In this document: positions 26,777-35,538 of the stretch, piece by piece
How positions within the stretch are numbered: position 1 is the first letter of the stretch
Layout of the letters: every line of letters begins with the position of its first letter
DNA from: a virus
Strand: one strand, 5' to 3'
DNA: 64,000 bases
IMG/VR virus record: IMGVR_UViG_2920962495_000002
Coordinates: 2,873 to 66,872 of that record
The notes under the pieces: generated by a model
Told to the model about the DNA's origin: nothing
Database searches by the model: none
Seen by the model: the letters and a program-made list of their open reading frames with translations, nothing else
Translations under genes and position numbers: made by a program

Positions 26777-27959
26777 ACCTACCGATTATCTCAGTGAAGA
26801 GCGTGAGGACTCGACAAGCTGGCAGGATCGCAAAACCAATGCCATGACGCTTGACGAGCTTAGACAGTGGCGATTGCGTACTGGTAAAAGCGTGGGCGAT
26901 CAGCGTAAACATGCCAGCACTCATAACAAGTACCTCAAAGAAACGATGCAGGATATCGAGGCTGGCAAGCGGCTAAATAATCGCCAACTTGCCTCGCTTA
27001 TCAAGTCCGCAAAAAGCCGTGCTGGTATCAGTGCCAGCGAGCTACTTGAGTTCACATTAGGCGATACCAAGCGTAATAACGAGCTTAAGAAAACCATGAA
27101 CGCGGCGGTGCTTGATGCCTACCTTGCCAATGTCAAAGCCGCATCAAGCAAATTTTTAGGCGGCATAACCCCAACCGATGTTATCAATCAATCAAGGCGT
27201 GAAGATATCAACCGCGCCAATACTCAGATATTTCTAGCCAGCGTTTTTAAGCGCCAGGGTAACATAATTAAGTTTGTTACTAATGCCGGTATTGGTAGCC
27301 CAGACACGCATCATTATGTCTCAGTGCAATTACTAGATTATCCTGAGCTACTACTAGGCCGTACCCGTGCGCCTAGTGTGGTCGATGTCAAAAAAGCGGT
27401 CATTGATGGTAAGATTAACTTTGATTGCGATTGTGGCCGTCACCGCTACTGGTATCGCTACCTTGCCACTGTGGGCAAATATAACTTTGGCATAGACGAG
27501 AACCGCTACCCCTCAACTCGCAACCCTAAATTAACGGGCGTGGCTTGCAAGCATGTCTTGCGAGTCATGAAGCACTTGACCAGTCCGCACATGATTGCCA
27601 AGGTGAAAGGGTACGCCACGGACGATATTGCCAAGGCCAGCAACAAGATCAAGCCTCACCGTCAAACGTCTAAGCAATTAGAGCGTGAAGCAGCAAGGCA
27701 GACCGAGGCGCTTAACAACTGGAATGGTCGCCTTCACTGGTCTAAAAAGATTAAGCAAGCAGCAATTAAGGCTGAGAAACAGATCAAGGCTGAGCAAAAA
27801 CGCGCGCAAGCTAAGTCACCCAATCAGCCGACACAAGCAGAACGAGCCAGCTACCAGTACGCGAAAGGGCAGATAGGCAAAAAAGGCGTGCCAGACAACT
27901 TTAAAGAGATATATCAAACCGAGATTAATACCTATCAAGGTAAGTGGGGTAATACGTGA
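26769..27959 (+). CDS. P1 PmgB-like morphogenesis protein with SWIM-type Zn finger
   Basis: FDCDCGRHRYWYRYLAT...RNPKLTGVACKHV. Confidence 0.65.
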   Translation: MAEPTDYLSEEREDSTSWQDRKTNAMTLDELRQWRLRTGKSVGDQRKHASTHNKYLKETMQDIEAGKRLNNRQLASLIKSAKSRAGISASELLEFTLGDTKRNNELKKTMNAAVLDAYLANVKAASSKFLGGITPTDVINQSRREDINRANTQIFLASVFKRQGNIIKFVTNAGIGSPDTHHYVSVQLLDYPELLLGRTRAPSVVDVKKAVIDGKINFDCDCGRHRYWYRYLATVGKYNFGIDENRYPSTRNPKLTGVACKHVLRVMKHLTSPHMIAKVKGYATDDIAKASNKIKPHRQTSKQLEREAARQTEALNNWNGRLHWSKKIKQAAIKAEKQIKAEQKRAQAKSPNQPTQAERASYQYAKGQIGKKGVPDNFKEIYQTEINTYQGKWGNT

Positions 27960-28522
27960 GTTTAAGAATAGAAAACGAGCTGGTCGCAAGCGGGCAAGCG
28001 CTCACCAATCGCATCATTACCTTGCGTAGTCAGTCGGTGATACCTGTTTTTGCCTTCAGGCGTGTGGTATTGCCAGTCAACACTGGTGATGATAGCCGTG
28101 ATTTTGTCACCTGGTCAGGACTTGGTACAGTGAGCGACAGCGATGAGCACGCCATTGATTATGAGCCACTAGGCCATGCCATGGTATTGATACTTGATAG
28201 CTTAGGCGGTGCGTTTCACGATGGCGGTATGTTTGTCACCAGTGAGGAGTTGTCTTCAATGGCACTCGTTGAGCCTTACGACATATCGCTAGAAGGTGAT
28301 GATCGCATTAAACTTAAGCCAAACTGGACGCCTGAGAAGGGCGATTTATTCTGCTTTATGCTTAACAACCACAAGGAATATCATGAGGTTACTGGTATAA
28401 TGGGACAGTCGATGCTGGCAAGTCAGGGTAAAAAGTACGCCTTAGCTCAGCGTTTTGACTTGAATTATCTTGATGCGTTTGATGAAGAAAGTGTTGTTGA
28501 TGTGGCAGTGCCTTATAAGTAG
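27956..28522 (+). CDS. Putative head-closure/tail structural protein
   Basis: 188 aa, GTGA overlap; WTPEKGDLF motif; position in late operon. Confidence 0.5.
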   Translation: MSLRIENELVASGQALTNRIITLRSQSVIPVFAFRRVVLPVNTGDDSRDFVTWSGLGTVSDSDEHAIDYEPLGHAMVLILDSLGGAFHDGGMFVTSEELSSMALVEPYDISLEGDDRIKLKPNWTPEKGDLFCFMLNNHKEYHEVTGIMGQSMLASQGKKYALAQRFDLNYLDAFDEESVVDVAVPYK

Positions 28523-28570
28523 CAATAACTGGTTATAATAATAGAAATGAAAAATTAAGATTAAGGATGG

Positions 28571-28936
28571 TTGACTATGATTAACTATATCGAGGTTGGC
28601 AAGTTGGTTCCCGCTAATAAAAAGATCACAAAGCACAAGTGTTGGGGTGTGTTTGATACGTTGTGGGATGAAGTGCAGCGCAATTATGCCAATAGAGAAG
28701 ACTTGGCAGGTTTTAGCAAAAACGACTGGCGCAGCGCTTATGATCGCGCCTTGCATTTTGACGGCTTAGACAGCTTTTCTATAATCCCGCCAAGTCTTGT
28801 GGTACTGGACGTGATCGTTAATAATTTTTTACTGGGTTATTGTTATCACGAATGGGTTAAGCACTTTGACCGCGCAGGGTATATAAGCGCGTCACCGCCA
28901 AGTTATGACCTGACGCAATTCCGCAACGAAAAATAA
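28571..28936 (+). CDS. Accessory hypothetical protein
   Basis: 121 aa in an AT-rich block. Confidence 0.6.
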   Translation: MTMINYIEVGKLVPANKKITKHKCWGVFDTLWDEVQRNYANREDLAGFSKNDWRSAYDRALHFDGLDSFSIIPPSLVVLDVIVNNFLLGYCYHEWVKHFDRAGYISASPPSYDLTQFRNEK

Positions 28937-28957
28937 TAATTAATAAGTGAGTAATCT

Positions 28958-29284
28958 ATGAAGCAGTATGTAGAGGGTGCGACTTATATTGTTTATGTTC
29001 GCGAGTTCGGACTGCCTGCCAGCGACAAGACGCGTTACCATGTTCGCGCTAAGTGCGTTGGTGGGAACGATTTAGACGTGGGGTATTTTGTTGATGCAGA
29101 GGGTAATAGTTTTAATAGCGGCGTACAGTCTGCTACACTTGAAAACGAGTTTATTTGGGATAGGGAAATAGTAGATAAGTATCCTTTTGCAATGACAAGG
29201 ACAGTGAATAATGAAAATGCCGCCCTACGAGTTAATGCCAGTCAATGTGTATCTGCGTCAAGAACAATTCATGTTTCAGCATAG
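28958..29284 (+). CDS. Accessory hypothetical protein
   Basis: 108 aa; leader GAGTAATCTATG. Confidence 0.55.
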   Translation: MKQYVEGATYIVYVREFGLPASDKTRYHVRAKCVGGNDLDVGYFVDAEGNSFNSGVQSATLENEFIWDREIVDKYPFAMTRTVNNENAALRVNASQCVSASRTIHVSA

Positions 29285-29693
29285 CTATGCGCCGCAAATA
29301 GTAGCCACACTTACCGAAGATGGTAGGCTAAAAGAGCTTGAGCCGCTTATTGGTACTGAGAATTTTGAGATACCTGAAAATATAAAAGAACTGGCTATTC
29401 GTGAATTTAGCCAGTCGCTTAATGCTCATGGCTTTGATGTAAAAGATACCAATCAAGACTACTTAGAGATTACTAAGGGCGCGTTTAACATGCGCCTAGA
29501 CACTAAAGATCAACTACCGTTTAGCGATGTTACGCTACATCAGATAGGCATGGTTTATAAAAACTTTGTAGCTGAGCGTAATGATACTAGCCAGCGTGCT
29601 ATGGAAATGGCTATTCAAAACATGGATAGAGCGGAGAAATTCACTCAAGAAGATGCTGATTTATTTAGACGTGCTATAGAAAGAGACGCCTAA
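29211..29693 (+). CDS. Accessory hypothetical protein
   Basis: 160 aa; overlaps the previous ORF by 74 nt, start uncertain. Confidence 0.55.
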   Translation: MKMPPYELMPVNVYLRQEQFMFQHSYAPQIVATLTEDGRLKELEPLIGTENFEIPENIKELAIREFSQSLNAHGFDVKDTNQDYLEITKGAFNMRLDTKDQLPFSDVTLHQIGMVYKNFVAERNDTSQRAMEMAIQNMDRAEKFTQEDADLFRRAIERDA

Positions 29694-29750
29694 TGAGCTT
29701 CTGTCAAAAGTATGTTTATTGAGTCACCGGACTTTATTAGCGAGTAATCT

Positions 29751-30071
29751 ATGAAAACTGACATTCATGAAATTTGGAATTTCAATAACGAGATACCTAA
29801 AAGCTTTGGGCTTGTTAAGGTTAATTCTAACAATTACGCAAAAATCAAAGACGCTAAAAGGCTTGATGTTATTTATCACGAGATAACCGACACGCTGTTA
29901 CTTGGTGATAATGTGGTTATGATTGATGATAGCCTTGCCGATGATATAGCTATGTATCGTGATAACTTTTTGCCAGCGCCAAAAGAAGAAGGTAGCTTCA
30001 ACCTCTTTTGTAATCCAATGCCAATGCCGCCAATTCGACCTATAGAGCTACTTAATCTACCTATGATATAA
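29751..30071 (+). CDS. Accessory hypothetical protein
   Basis: 106 aa; same GAGTAATCTATG leader. Confidence 0.6.
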   Translation: MKTDIHEIWNFNNEIPKSFGLVKVNSNNYAKIKDAKRLDVIYHEITDTLLLGDNVVMIDDSLADDIAMYRDNFLPAPKEEGSFNLFCNPMPMPPIRPIELLNLPMI

Positions 30072-30087
30072 ACAATAACCAACCATC

Positions 30088-30113
30088 AAGCCAGCCTAAC
30101 CGCTGGCTTTTTT
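30088..30113 (+). terminator. Intrinsic terminator
   Basis: AAGCCAGC-CTAACC-GCTGGCTT-TTTT. Confidence 0.8.
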
Positions 30114-30130
30114 GCGTTTAAAAGCTGTAT

Positions 30131-30170
30131 GGAACACCCCTAAACGAGCCGTTTGGCTAGGCATTACTAT
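30131..30170 (+). promoter_or_regulatory. Late promoter motif GGAACAC-N27-TACTAT
   Basis: Upstream of the capsid gene. Confidence 0.75.
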
Positions 30171-30237
30171 AAGCATATCAGTATTGGTATTTATATTAGT
30201 AATCACCTGACCAACCCAACCGTATAGGATTATCCCC

Positions 30238-32055
30238 ATGCAAGAGAAACAAGCACGAGAGTTAAACGATGCCGCCCATAAAGAGGTGCAAGCCACGCGC
30301 GGTATCATGCACATCTTCACCAATAAAGCGAATGCGGGTCAAGAAGTCGCCGCGTTTGACTCTATGCTAGCTCAGAACGAACATTCTGATCGCAGCGTAG
30401 GTTTTAGCAAGCTACCTTCTTCTATGCAGCGTATGCTTAGCCATGCTGTTATCAAAGATCATCCTGAAGCGATTTTTGATGGTATCAGTGAAGGTATTAT
30501 TGAATATAAGCGCCGTAACGGTGGTGAAGAGCCGTCAGCTTATGTTGTGGCCGCCGCATTAGCAACTGCTGCTATGCCTTTTGGTGGTGCTGACCAGTAC
30601 GATTCAACCGTAGAACCTACTTTTGATAGCTTGTCACTAGGTCATCACGAAGCGTTATCAGTCGTGCCAGCCGCAACACAAGTGGTTATCACTTATGGTA
30701 TCGCTAACAGCTTGCCGCTAGTGTCTATGCTACCTAACCCTATGGGATCAAACGAGCTACCTATCGTATTCGGTACGGCGGTAGCTGGCATGAACATGGG
30801 CGTTATGCGTAAAGGCGACGCGATGGACGGTGACAAGGCGGGTATGCCTTACACTGAAAACCGTCATATCTTAACGATGGACAAAGGTGCTACTGGTGCG
30901 TTTAGCTTAACCTCGCATGTGGCCTACACTGCCAGCGTTAAAGCGGATAAGACTACCCAGTTTAAAGTTGATACCTCATCTACCAAAGCGCCATTCTTGG
31001 GTGGCCGTGTTTCGGTATTTGTAAAAGGTATTAAGATTGGTAGCGACGAAAGCCGTCGTCATCCAACAACTTCTGGTATCAGCACCCTTCAGCCGATTGA
31101 TGAGATTACTATTGGCTCCGATACTTATATCTTAACCAGCGCAACCGCTGATCTTGATACTCACGAAGTTAAAGTACAGTTCGATATCTCTGCTGGTGCT
31201 GAGCCTGCTGAAGACGACGTAACGGTTGAATTATTCTTTGACTATGAGCGTAAAGACGACAATGGCAATCAGATTTTACGTGAGCCATCAATCGACATGG
31301 AATTTGGTCATCGTTCAATCTACGCCTTCCCAAGCCGTTCGCGCTCAGTCGCTACTATCGATGCGATCACCCAGCTTATGAATGAGCTTGGTTTATCTTG
31401 GTTCGGTGCAGTACAAACTATCGCCATGCAGAAACAGTATTTTGAGCAGACGGGTCGCTTACTTCGTACCGCTATCAATATGTGTCTGTCTAACCAAGAC
31501 CCTGAAACTGGCCGTGTGGTGACGTTTGACTTCACCAAAGGCGGCGTATCACCGACTAATATCGCTGATGCTTTTGCCAACATTAACATCACTCTTGGTA
31601 TGGCGCGCACTCGCTTGTCAACGGCTATTAACTTAGCGGTCGGCGGTTATGACTTGTATGTCTCAGATCGCGGGCAAGCATTCTTCTCAGGCTTAAGTGG
31701 TGAGAACTACACATCAACAGGTCAGAGTGCAGGCGATCAAACCAGCATCTACCGTATCGGTACACTAAAAACCAGCGGTGCTAACGTCTATTATGTGCCT
31801 AAGTCTATGGGCGTATTTAACGAGACGGGTTCATCTACCACGGCTCATGCTTTACTGGTGCCACGCGCTATCAGTCCAGCACAAGCACCGTTTGTTGGTA
31901 TGGTTGCTGTACCGCCAATGGTTATGACTTCTAATGGTAACGCTTACGAGAAAGACGTGGCTATCTATAGCCGTACTGCTGCTGAAACGAACCCAATCCC
32001 TCGTTTTGCCAACCAGTTCATGCTTATTGAGATGATTAACTTGCCAGCGCTTTAA
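30238..32055 (+). CDS. Major capsid protein precursor (P1 gp23-like)
   Basis: 605 aa, strongly biased codon use, own late promoter; LPNPMGSNELPIV, FFDYERKD and ETNPIPRFANQF segments recall P1-type capsids. Confidence 0.7.
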   Translation: MQEKQARELNDAAHKEVQATRGIMHIFTNKANAGQEVAAFDSMLAQNEHSDRSVGFSKLPSSMQRMLSHAVIKDHPEAIFDGISEGIIEYKRRNGGEEPSAYVVAAALATAAMPFGGADQYDSTVEPTFDSLSLGHHEALSVVPAATQVVITYGIANSLPLVSMLPNPMGSNELPIVFGTAVAGMNMGVMRKGDAMDGDKAGMPYTENRHILTMDKGATGAFSLTSHVAYTASVKADKTTQFKVDTSSTKAPFLGGRVSVFVKGIKIGSDESRRHPTTSGISTLQPIDEITIGSDTYILTSATADLDTHEVKVQFDISAGAEPAEDDVTVELFFDYERKDDNGNQILREPSIDMEFGHRSIYAFPSRSRSVATIDAITQLMNELGLSWFGAVQTIAMQKQYFEQTGRLLRTAINMCLSNQDPETGRVVTFDFTKGGVSPTNIADAFANINITLGMARTRLSTAINLAVGGYDLYVSDRGQAFFSGLSGENYTSTGQSAGDQTSIYRIGTLKTSGANVYYVPKSMGVFNETGSSTTAHALLVPRAISPAQAPFVGMVAVPPMVMTSNGNAYEKDVAIYSRTAAETNPIPRFANQFMLIEMINLPAL

Positions 32056-32169
32056 GCCGCTAGTAAGCAGTAAAACGGTATAGCCACTAAAACCTTGTTG
32101 TCATAGCTGGCAGCAAGGTTTTTTAACTAAATACATTAAGATTTATTACCCATTACAAGGATCAACCTC

Positions 32170-33012
32170 ATGTCAGAAGCAAAGGCACTACCCAATAATA
32201 TTAAAGCGCTTGAAAAAAATCCTGAATTTAAAAAAGTGTACGACAACAACACTGTAGACAAGCTTGAAATGCAGCTTATAGAGGCCGACGTTGAGTTCTT
32301 GAGCGCAGACAATAAAGCCGCCCTAGTGTGGCGCTTACTTGACCATCAAGGCACGCTTGAGAGTGACAATGACACAGAAACTAAAGACGATACTAAAGAA
32401 GCTGTTAATGGCGCTCAGACTACTGATAGCAGCGCTGATGACGATGTTAGCGTTGACGCTGCTACTAGCGGTAACAGCGGTGGCGATAGCGATACTGGCG
32501 ACGCTGATGAATCAGTAACCTCAATCAACAAAGGCGATAGCAATGAAAATGCACAGACGGCTCAAGACGATACTAGCGATAAGCATAGCGCTCAGGTCGA
32601 TGGTAAAGCAAACACCGATGCCGGCTCCGATAGCGCAAGCACGGACGACAGCGAAAAGTCTGATGAAGTGGCTGACACTGCCGACAGTGATGCGCCGTCG
32701 AATACTGGTAACAGCAATGACATTAGCGCAGACGAAGCTAACCAGCCAGCAAAAACAGGCGATAAAGCAGCCGATAGTAGCTCAGTACCCACTGAAAAAG
32801 CGCCTACCAAAACGGCCGTAAGTGAGCTTGAATATGTGTCAGTCAAAAATAATGGCGGCTTTAATATGCTAGAGCCTGCTACTAGCACGCTGGTTAAGGC
32901 TGGCAAGATCACTAAGATTTACATCAAAGGCTATGCCACTAAAGATCAGGTATTGCGCAATATTGCTCAGTACAATCATACACGCGGCGAAAAATTGACC
33001 GTCACCAACTAA
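32170..33012 (+). CDS. Acidic low-complexity virion-associated protein with LEM/SAP-like N-terminus
   Basis: Short helical N-domain, long D/S/T-rich linker, compact C-domain; follows the capsid gene. Confidence 0.55.
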   Translation: MSEAKALPNNIKALEKNPEFKKVYDNNTVDKLEMQLIEADVEFLSADNKAALVWRLLDHQGTLESDNDTETKDDTKEAVNGAQTTDSSADDDVSVDAATSGNSGGDSDTGDADESVTSINKGDSNENAQTAQDDTSDKHSAQVDGKANTDAGSDSASTDDSEKSDEVADTADSDAPSNTGNSNDISADEANQPAKTGDKAADSSSVPTEKAPTKTAVSELEYVSVKNNGGFNMLEPATSTLVKAGKITKIYIKGYATKDQVLRNIAQYNHTRGEKLTVTN

Positions 33013-33085
33013 GCGCCATTTTATTGAGTGGCTGCTGGCTTGTGGTCACTCACTATAATTAGCTATTTCACTTTAAGGATTTATC

Positions 33086-34279
33086 ATGATTGAGAGTAAT
33101 ATTTTAGGCGCAGCGGTTGGCATCCAAAACCAAGGCGTTATAGATAAAAGCGAGGGCACAGCATTGCCTTCTACCGTTAATGGCGTGATCGCTGGCAAGT
33201 TTAAGCGTGGACGCATGGACAAACCATTTAAAGTGACCGCCAGCAATTACAAAGCGCTGCTAGGCCATGACCCATCAAACCCCAGTTATTTAGCCGTTGA
33301 GGACGCGTTCAAGCGAGGTATTAGCGAGGTAAGTATCTTGCGTACTGGTGGCATAGGTGATGCGGCTATTAAATGCGTCGCAAACTTTGCAGAAATGTCG
33401 CTACCGTCGTTCGACCGCGAAGTAGTGCCCGATTATTTTGTGACAGTGAGTCGCAATGGCGGCGAATTTAAGACTTATAAATTGAATCCCTCCATGGAGG
33501 GCGCAGACTTTTTTGCAGAAAACTTTTTTAGCTCAGATGGTAATAAGGTTATATTTTTTGATTACCCGTACGGGGCGGAGCAGTTGCATGATTCCAACAA
33601 AGGAGCTATATGCGGCATTGATAGCGAGGGTATGATTTTAACGCCCGACCAAGGCGCTATTAACTTGATGGATTTAGAATTGCTTGTCGCCCATAGAAAA
33701 ATCACACCGCCTTACGTTCTAACCAAGCAGCATAACTGGCTAACCTTTAAGCCGACAGACGGCGTTAGCCCCGCAAACGATGTGTTTTTTAGCATGATAG
33801 GCGGTGATAGCGGCGCGTCCACGATAACCGTTCATAGTTGCGCGGTGATAGAAAAATATATCGACCCTAATGTCTGTATGCCTACCAGCGCAGAGATTTT
33901 ATATATGAACGGACAAAACGAGCCGACAGGCGACCTATACGGCCGATACCGCGTTGATGGCGGCGAATGGGTGGATTATACCGCGCCAGCAAACTACTAC
34001 CTTGTTAATGAGTTTTTGAGCCATACGGGCGTTATGCAACCCCAAGGCGGCGGCGGGATTAGTCCTTTTCAGTTTAACGTAAATACCCGTGGCGGCTATA
34101 TCAACGGCGCGTCCGCCCAAGAGCCGTATGTAGATGGCCAAGATGGCGTTTTAGAGATCAAGCGCACAACCGTTGATTTTGAGCTAACCGACGGCGGTGC
34201 AAATGACCTTGTGCAATTACTGTTTGGCGGTAACATGAGCGTAAGTTCGTGCGCCGTTGGAAGTTGGTACGGCGTTTAA
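33086..34279 (+). CDS. Tail-sheath-N-domain protein A with two Cys-bounded passenger domains
   Basis: First 88 aa 69/88 identical to ORF 34359; GKFKRGRMDKPFKVT...YLAVEDAF.RG...ILR resembles sheath N-termini. Confidence 0.6.
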   Translation: MIESNILGAAVGIQNQGVIDKSEGTALPSTVNGVIAGKFKRGRMDKPFKVTASNYKALLGHDPSNPSYLAVEDAFKRGISEVSILRTGGIGDAAIKCVANFAEMSLPSFDREVVPDYFVTVSRNGGEFKTYKLNPSMEGADFFAENFFSSDGNKVIFFDYPYGAEQLHDSNKGAICGIDSEGMILTPDQGAINLMDLELLVAHRKITPPYVLTKQHNWLTFKPTDGVSPANDVFFSMIGGDSGASTITVHSCAVIEKYIDPNVCMPTSAEILYMNGQNEPTGDLYGRYRVDGGEWVDYTAPANYYLVNEFLSHTGVMQPQGGGGISPFQFNVNTRGGYINGASAQEPYVDGQDGVLEIKRTTVDFELTDGGANDLVQLLFGGNMSVSSCAVGSWYGV

Positions 34280-34285
34280 CCAGCT

Positions 34286-34325
34286 GGAACACCGCTAAAA
34301 CCACAAACCAAACCAAGCCTATACT
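34286..34325 (+). promoter_or_regulatory. Late promoter motif GGAACAC-N27-TATACT
   Basis: Upstream of sheath-N protein B; 13-bp inverted repeat over the -10 and SD. Confidence 0.8.
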
Positions 34326-34358
34326 GAGTCATAAACCACTCAGTATAGGCATTTTGTT

Positions 34359-34742
34359 ATGATCGAGAGCAAAACATTAGGTAGCGCCGCTGGTATCCAG
34401 TATCAAGGCGTGATTGACAACTCAGAGGGCACCAGCTTGCCGTCATTGGCCAATGGCGTGATTATCGGTAGCTTTAAGCGCGGTCGCATGGACAAGCCTT
34501 TTAAAGTCACGTCTAGCAACTATCAAGCGCTGTTAGGCCGAGATCCAACCAACCCAAACTACTTGGCGGTTGAAGACGCTTTCAAACGTGGCGTTAGTCA
34601 AATTAGCATCTTGCGTACTGGTAATAGTGGCGGTGGATCATCCGCGCCAGTTGAGCCAGTGGCTGACTTAAGCTACGTCAAGATTACTAAAGTGGACAAT
34701 CCGGTATTTGCGGGCGAATACTCAATCATAGAGGAGTTGTAA
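34359..34742 (+). CDS. Tail-sheath-N-domain protein B (short)
   Basis: Paralogue of the 33086 N-terminus plus a 39-aa tail. Confidence 0.6.
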   Translation: MIESKTLGSAAGIQYQGVIDNSEGTSLPSLANGVIIGSFKRGRMDKPFKVTSSNYQALLGRDPTNPNYLAVEDAFKRGVSQISILRTGNSGGGSSAPVEPVADLSYVKITKVDNPVFAGEYSIIEEL

Positions 34743-34744
34743 TA

Positions 34745-35446
34745 ATGGACGAAGTAAAAGCATGTTTAAAAGTCAAGGTGAATAACAACCCTAGCGTGAT
34801 AGAAACTGTTTTTGATGCTGAACCACGGATACCATCGAACATAAGCATGGATCAGTCAGTAGTAGCTTCCCTTCTAAGTGGTTATTTCTCAGAAATAAAC
34901 CCTTGGGGTGATTTCATAGCAAACCAAGGGTTTATTAGGATGGATGAAGATGGCGAAACCAGCACTAAAAATCTACTAGGTCGATACGATCAGGTTTTTA
35001 CATCAGGTGGTTACGCCTACCCATCAGAAATCGGCTATGTTGGCTTTAATGATCTTTTATTAAAAACAGCCTTGAAAAATGACCTTATAGGTGCGGGGCC
35101 ATTATCAGGATGGAGTGCGTGGGAAGAGTTAGTTGATATATCATCTATGGATAGTTTGCAGGATATTTTAGATGCAAATATAAACGCAGGTAACGTTACA
35201 TACACTATCTACGCTGAACCAAGTACGCTTACTATCGAACGATGCACCGAAGAAGATATTATAAACTCTTCTATGGGCCAGCCATGGAATATTGATGCTT
35301 TTGATTTGGTGAAAGACATGCTGGTAGGTCATCTTGATGATAGAGATAAAGAAGGTTACGCGCCCGCTAGCTATGATCCCGTTGCGGACGTTATTACTAT
35401 CAAGTCTAACTACCGACTGGAAAGAAAAGAAAAGTTCCTAACGTAA
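34745..35446 (+). CDS. AT-rich hypothetical protein, possible detached passenger of protein B
   Basis: Starts 2 nt after the stop of 34359..34742. Confidence 0.55.
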   Translation: MDEVKACLKVKVNNNPSVIETVFDAEPRIPSNISMDQSVVASLLSGYFSEINPWGDFIANQGFIRMDEDGETSTKNLLGRYDQVFTSGGYAYPSEIGYVGFNDLLLKTALKNDLIGAGPLSGWSAWEELVDISSMDSLQDILDANINAGNVTYTIYAEPSTLTIERCTEEDIINSSMGQPWNIDAFDLVKDMLVGHLDDRDKEGYAPASYDPVADVITIKSNYRLERKEKFLT

Positions 35447-35465
35447 TCAGCGCGCCATTAACTAT

Positions 35466-35505
35466 GGAACACCCCTAAAACGCTAAAGTAAATCCTGCCT
35501 ATACT
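35466..35505 (+). promoter_or_regulatory. Late promoter motif GGAACAC-N27-TATACT
   Basis: Upstream of the sheath gene; paralogous to the 34286 leader. Confidence 0.8.
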
Positions 35506-35538
35506 GATGTGATACCAACACAGTATAGGCATTTTATT

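Noticed and set aside
32380-32820. D/S/T-rich stretch as a DNA repeat element
   Set aside because: It is compositional low complexity in a protein linker, with no discrete repeat unit.
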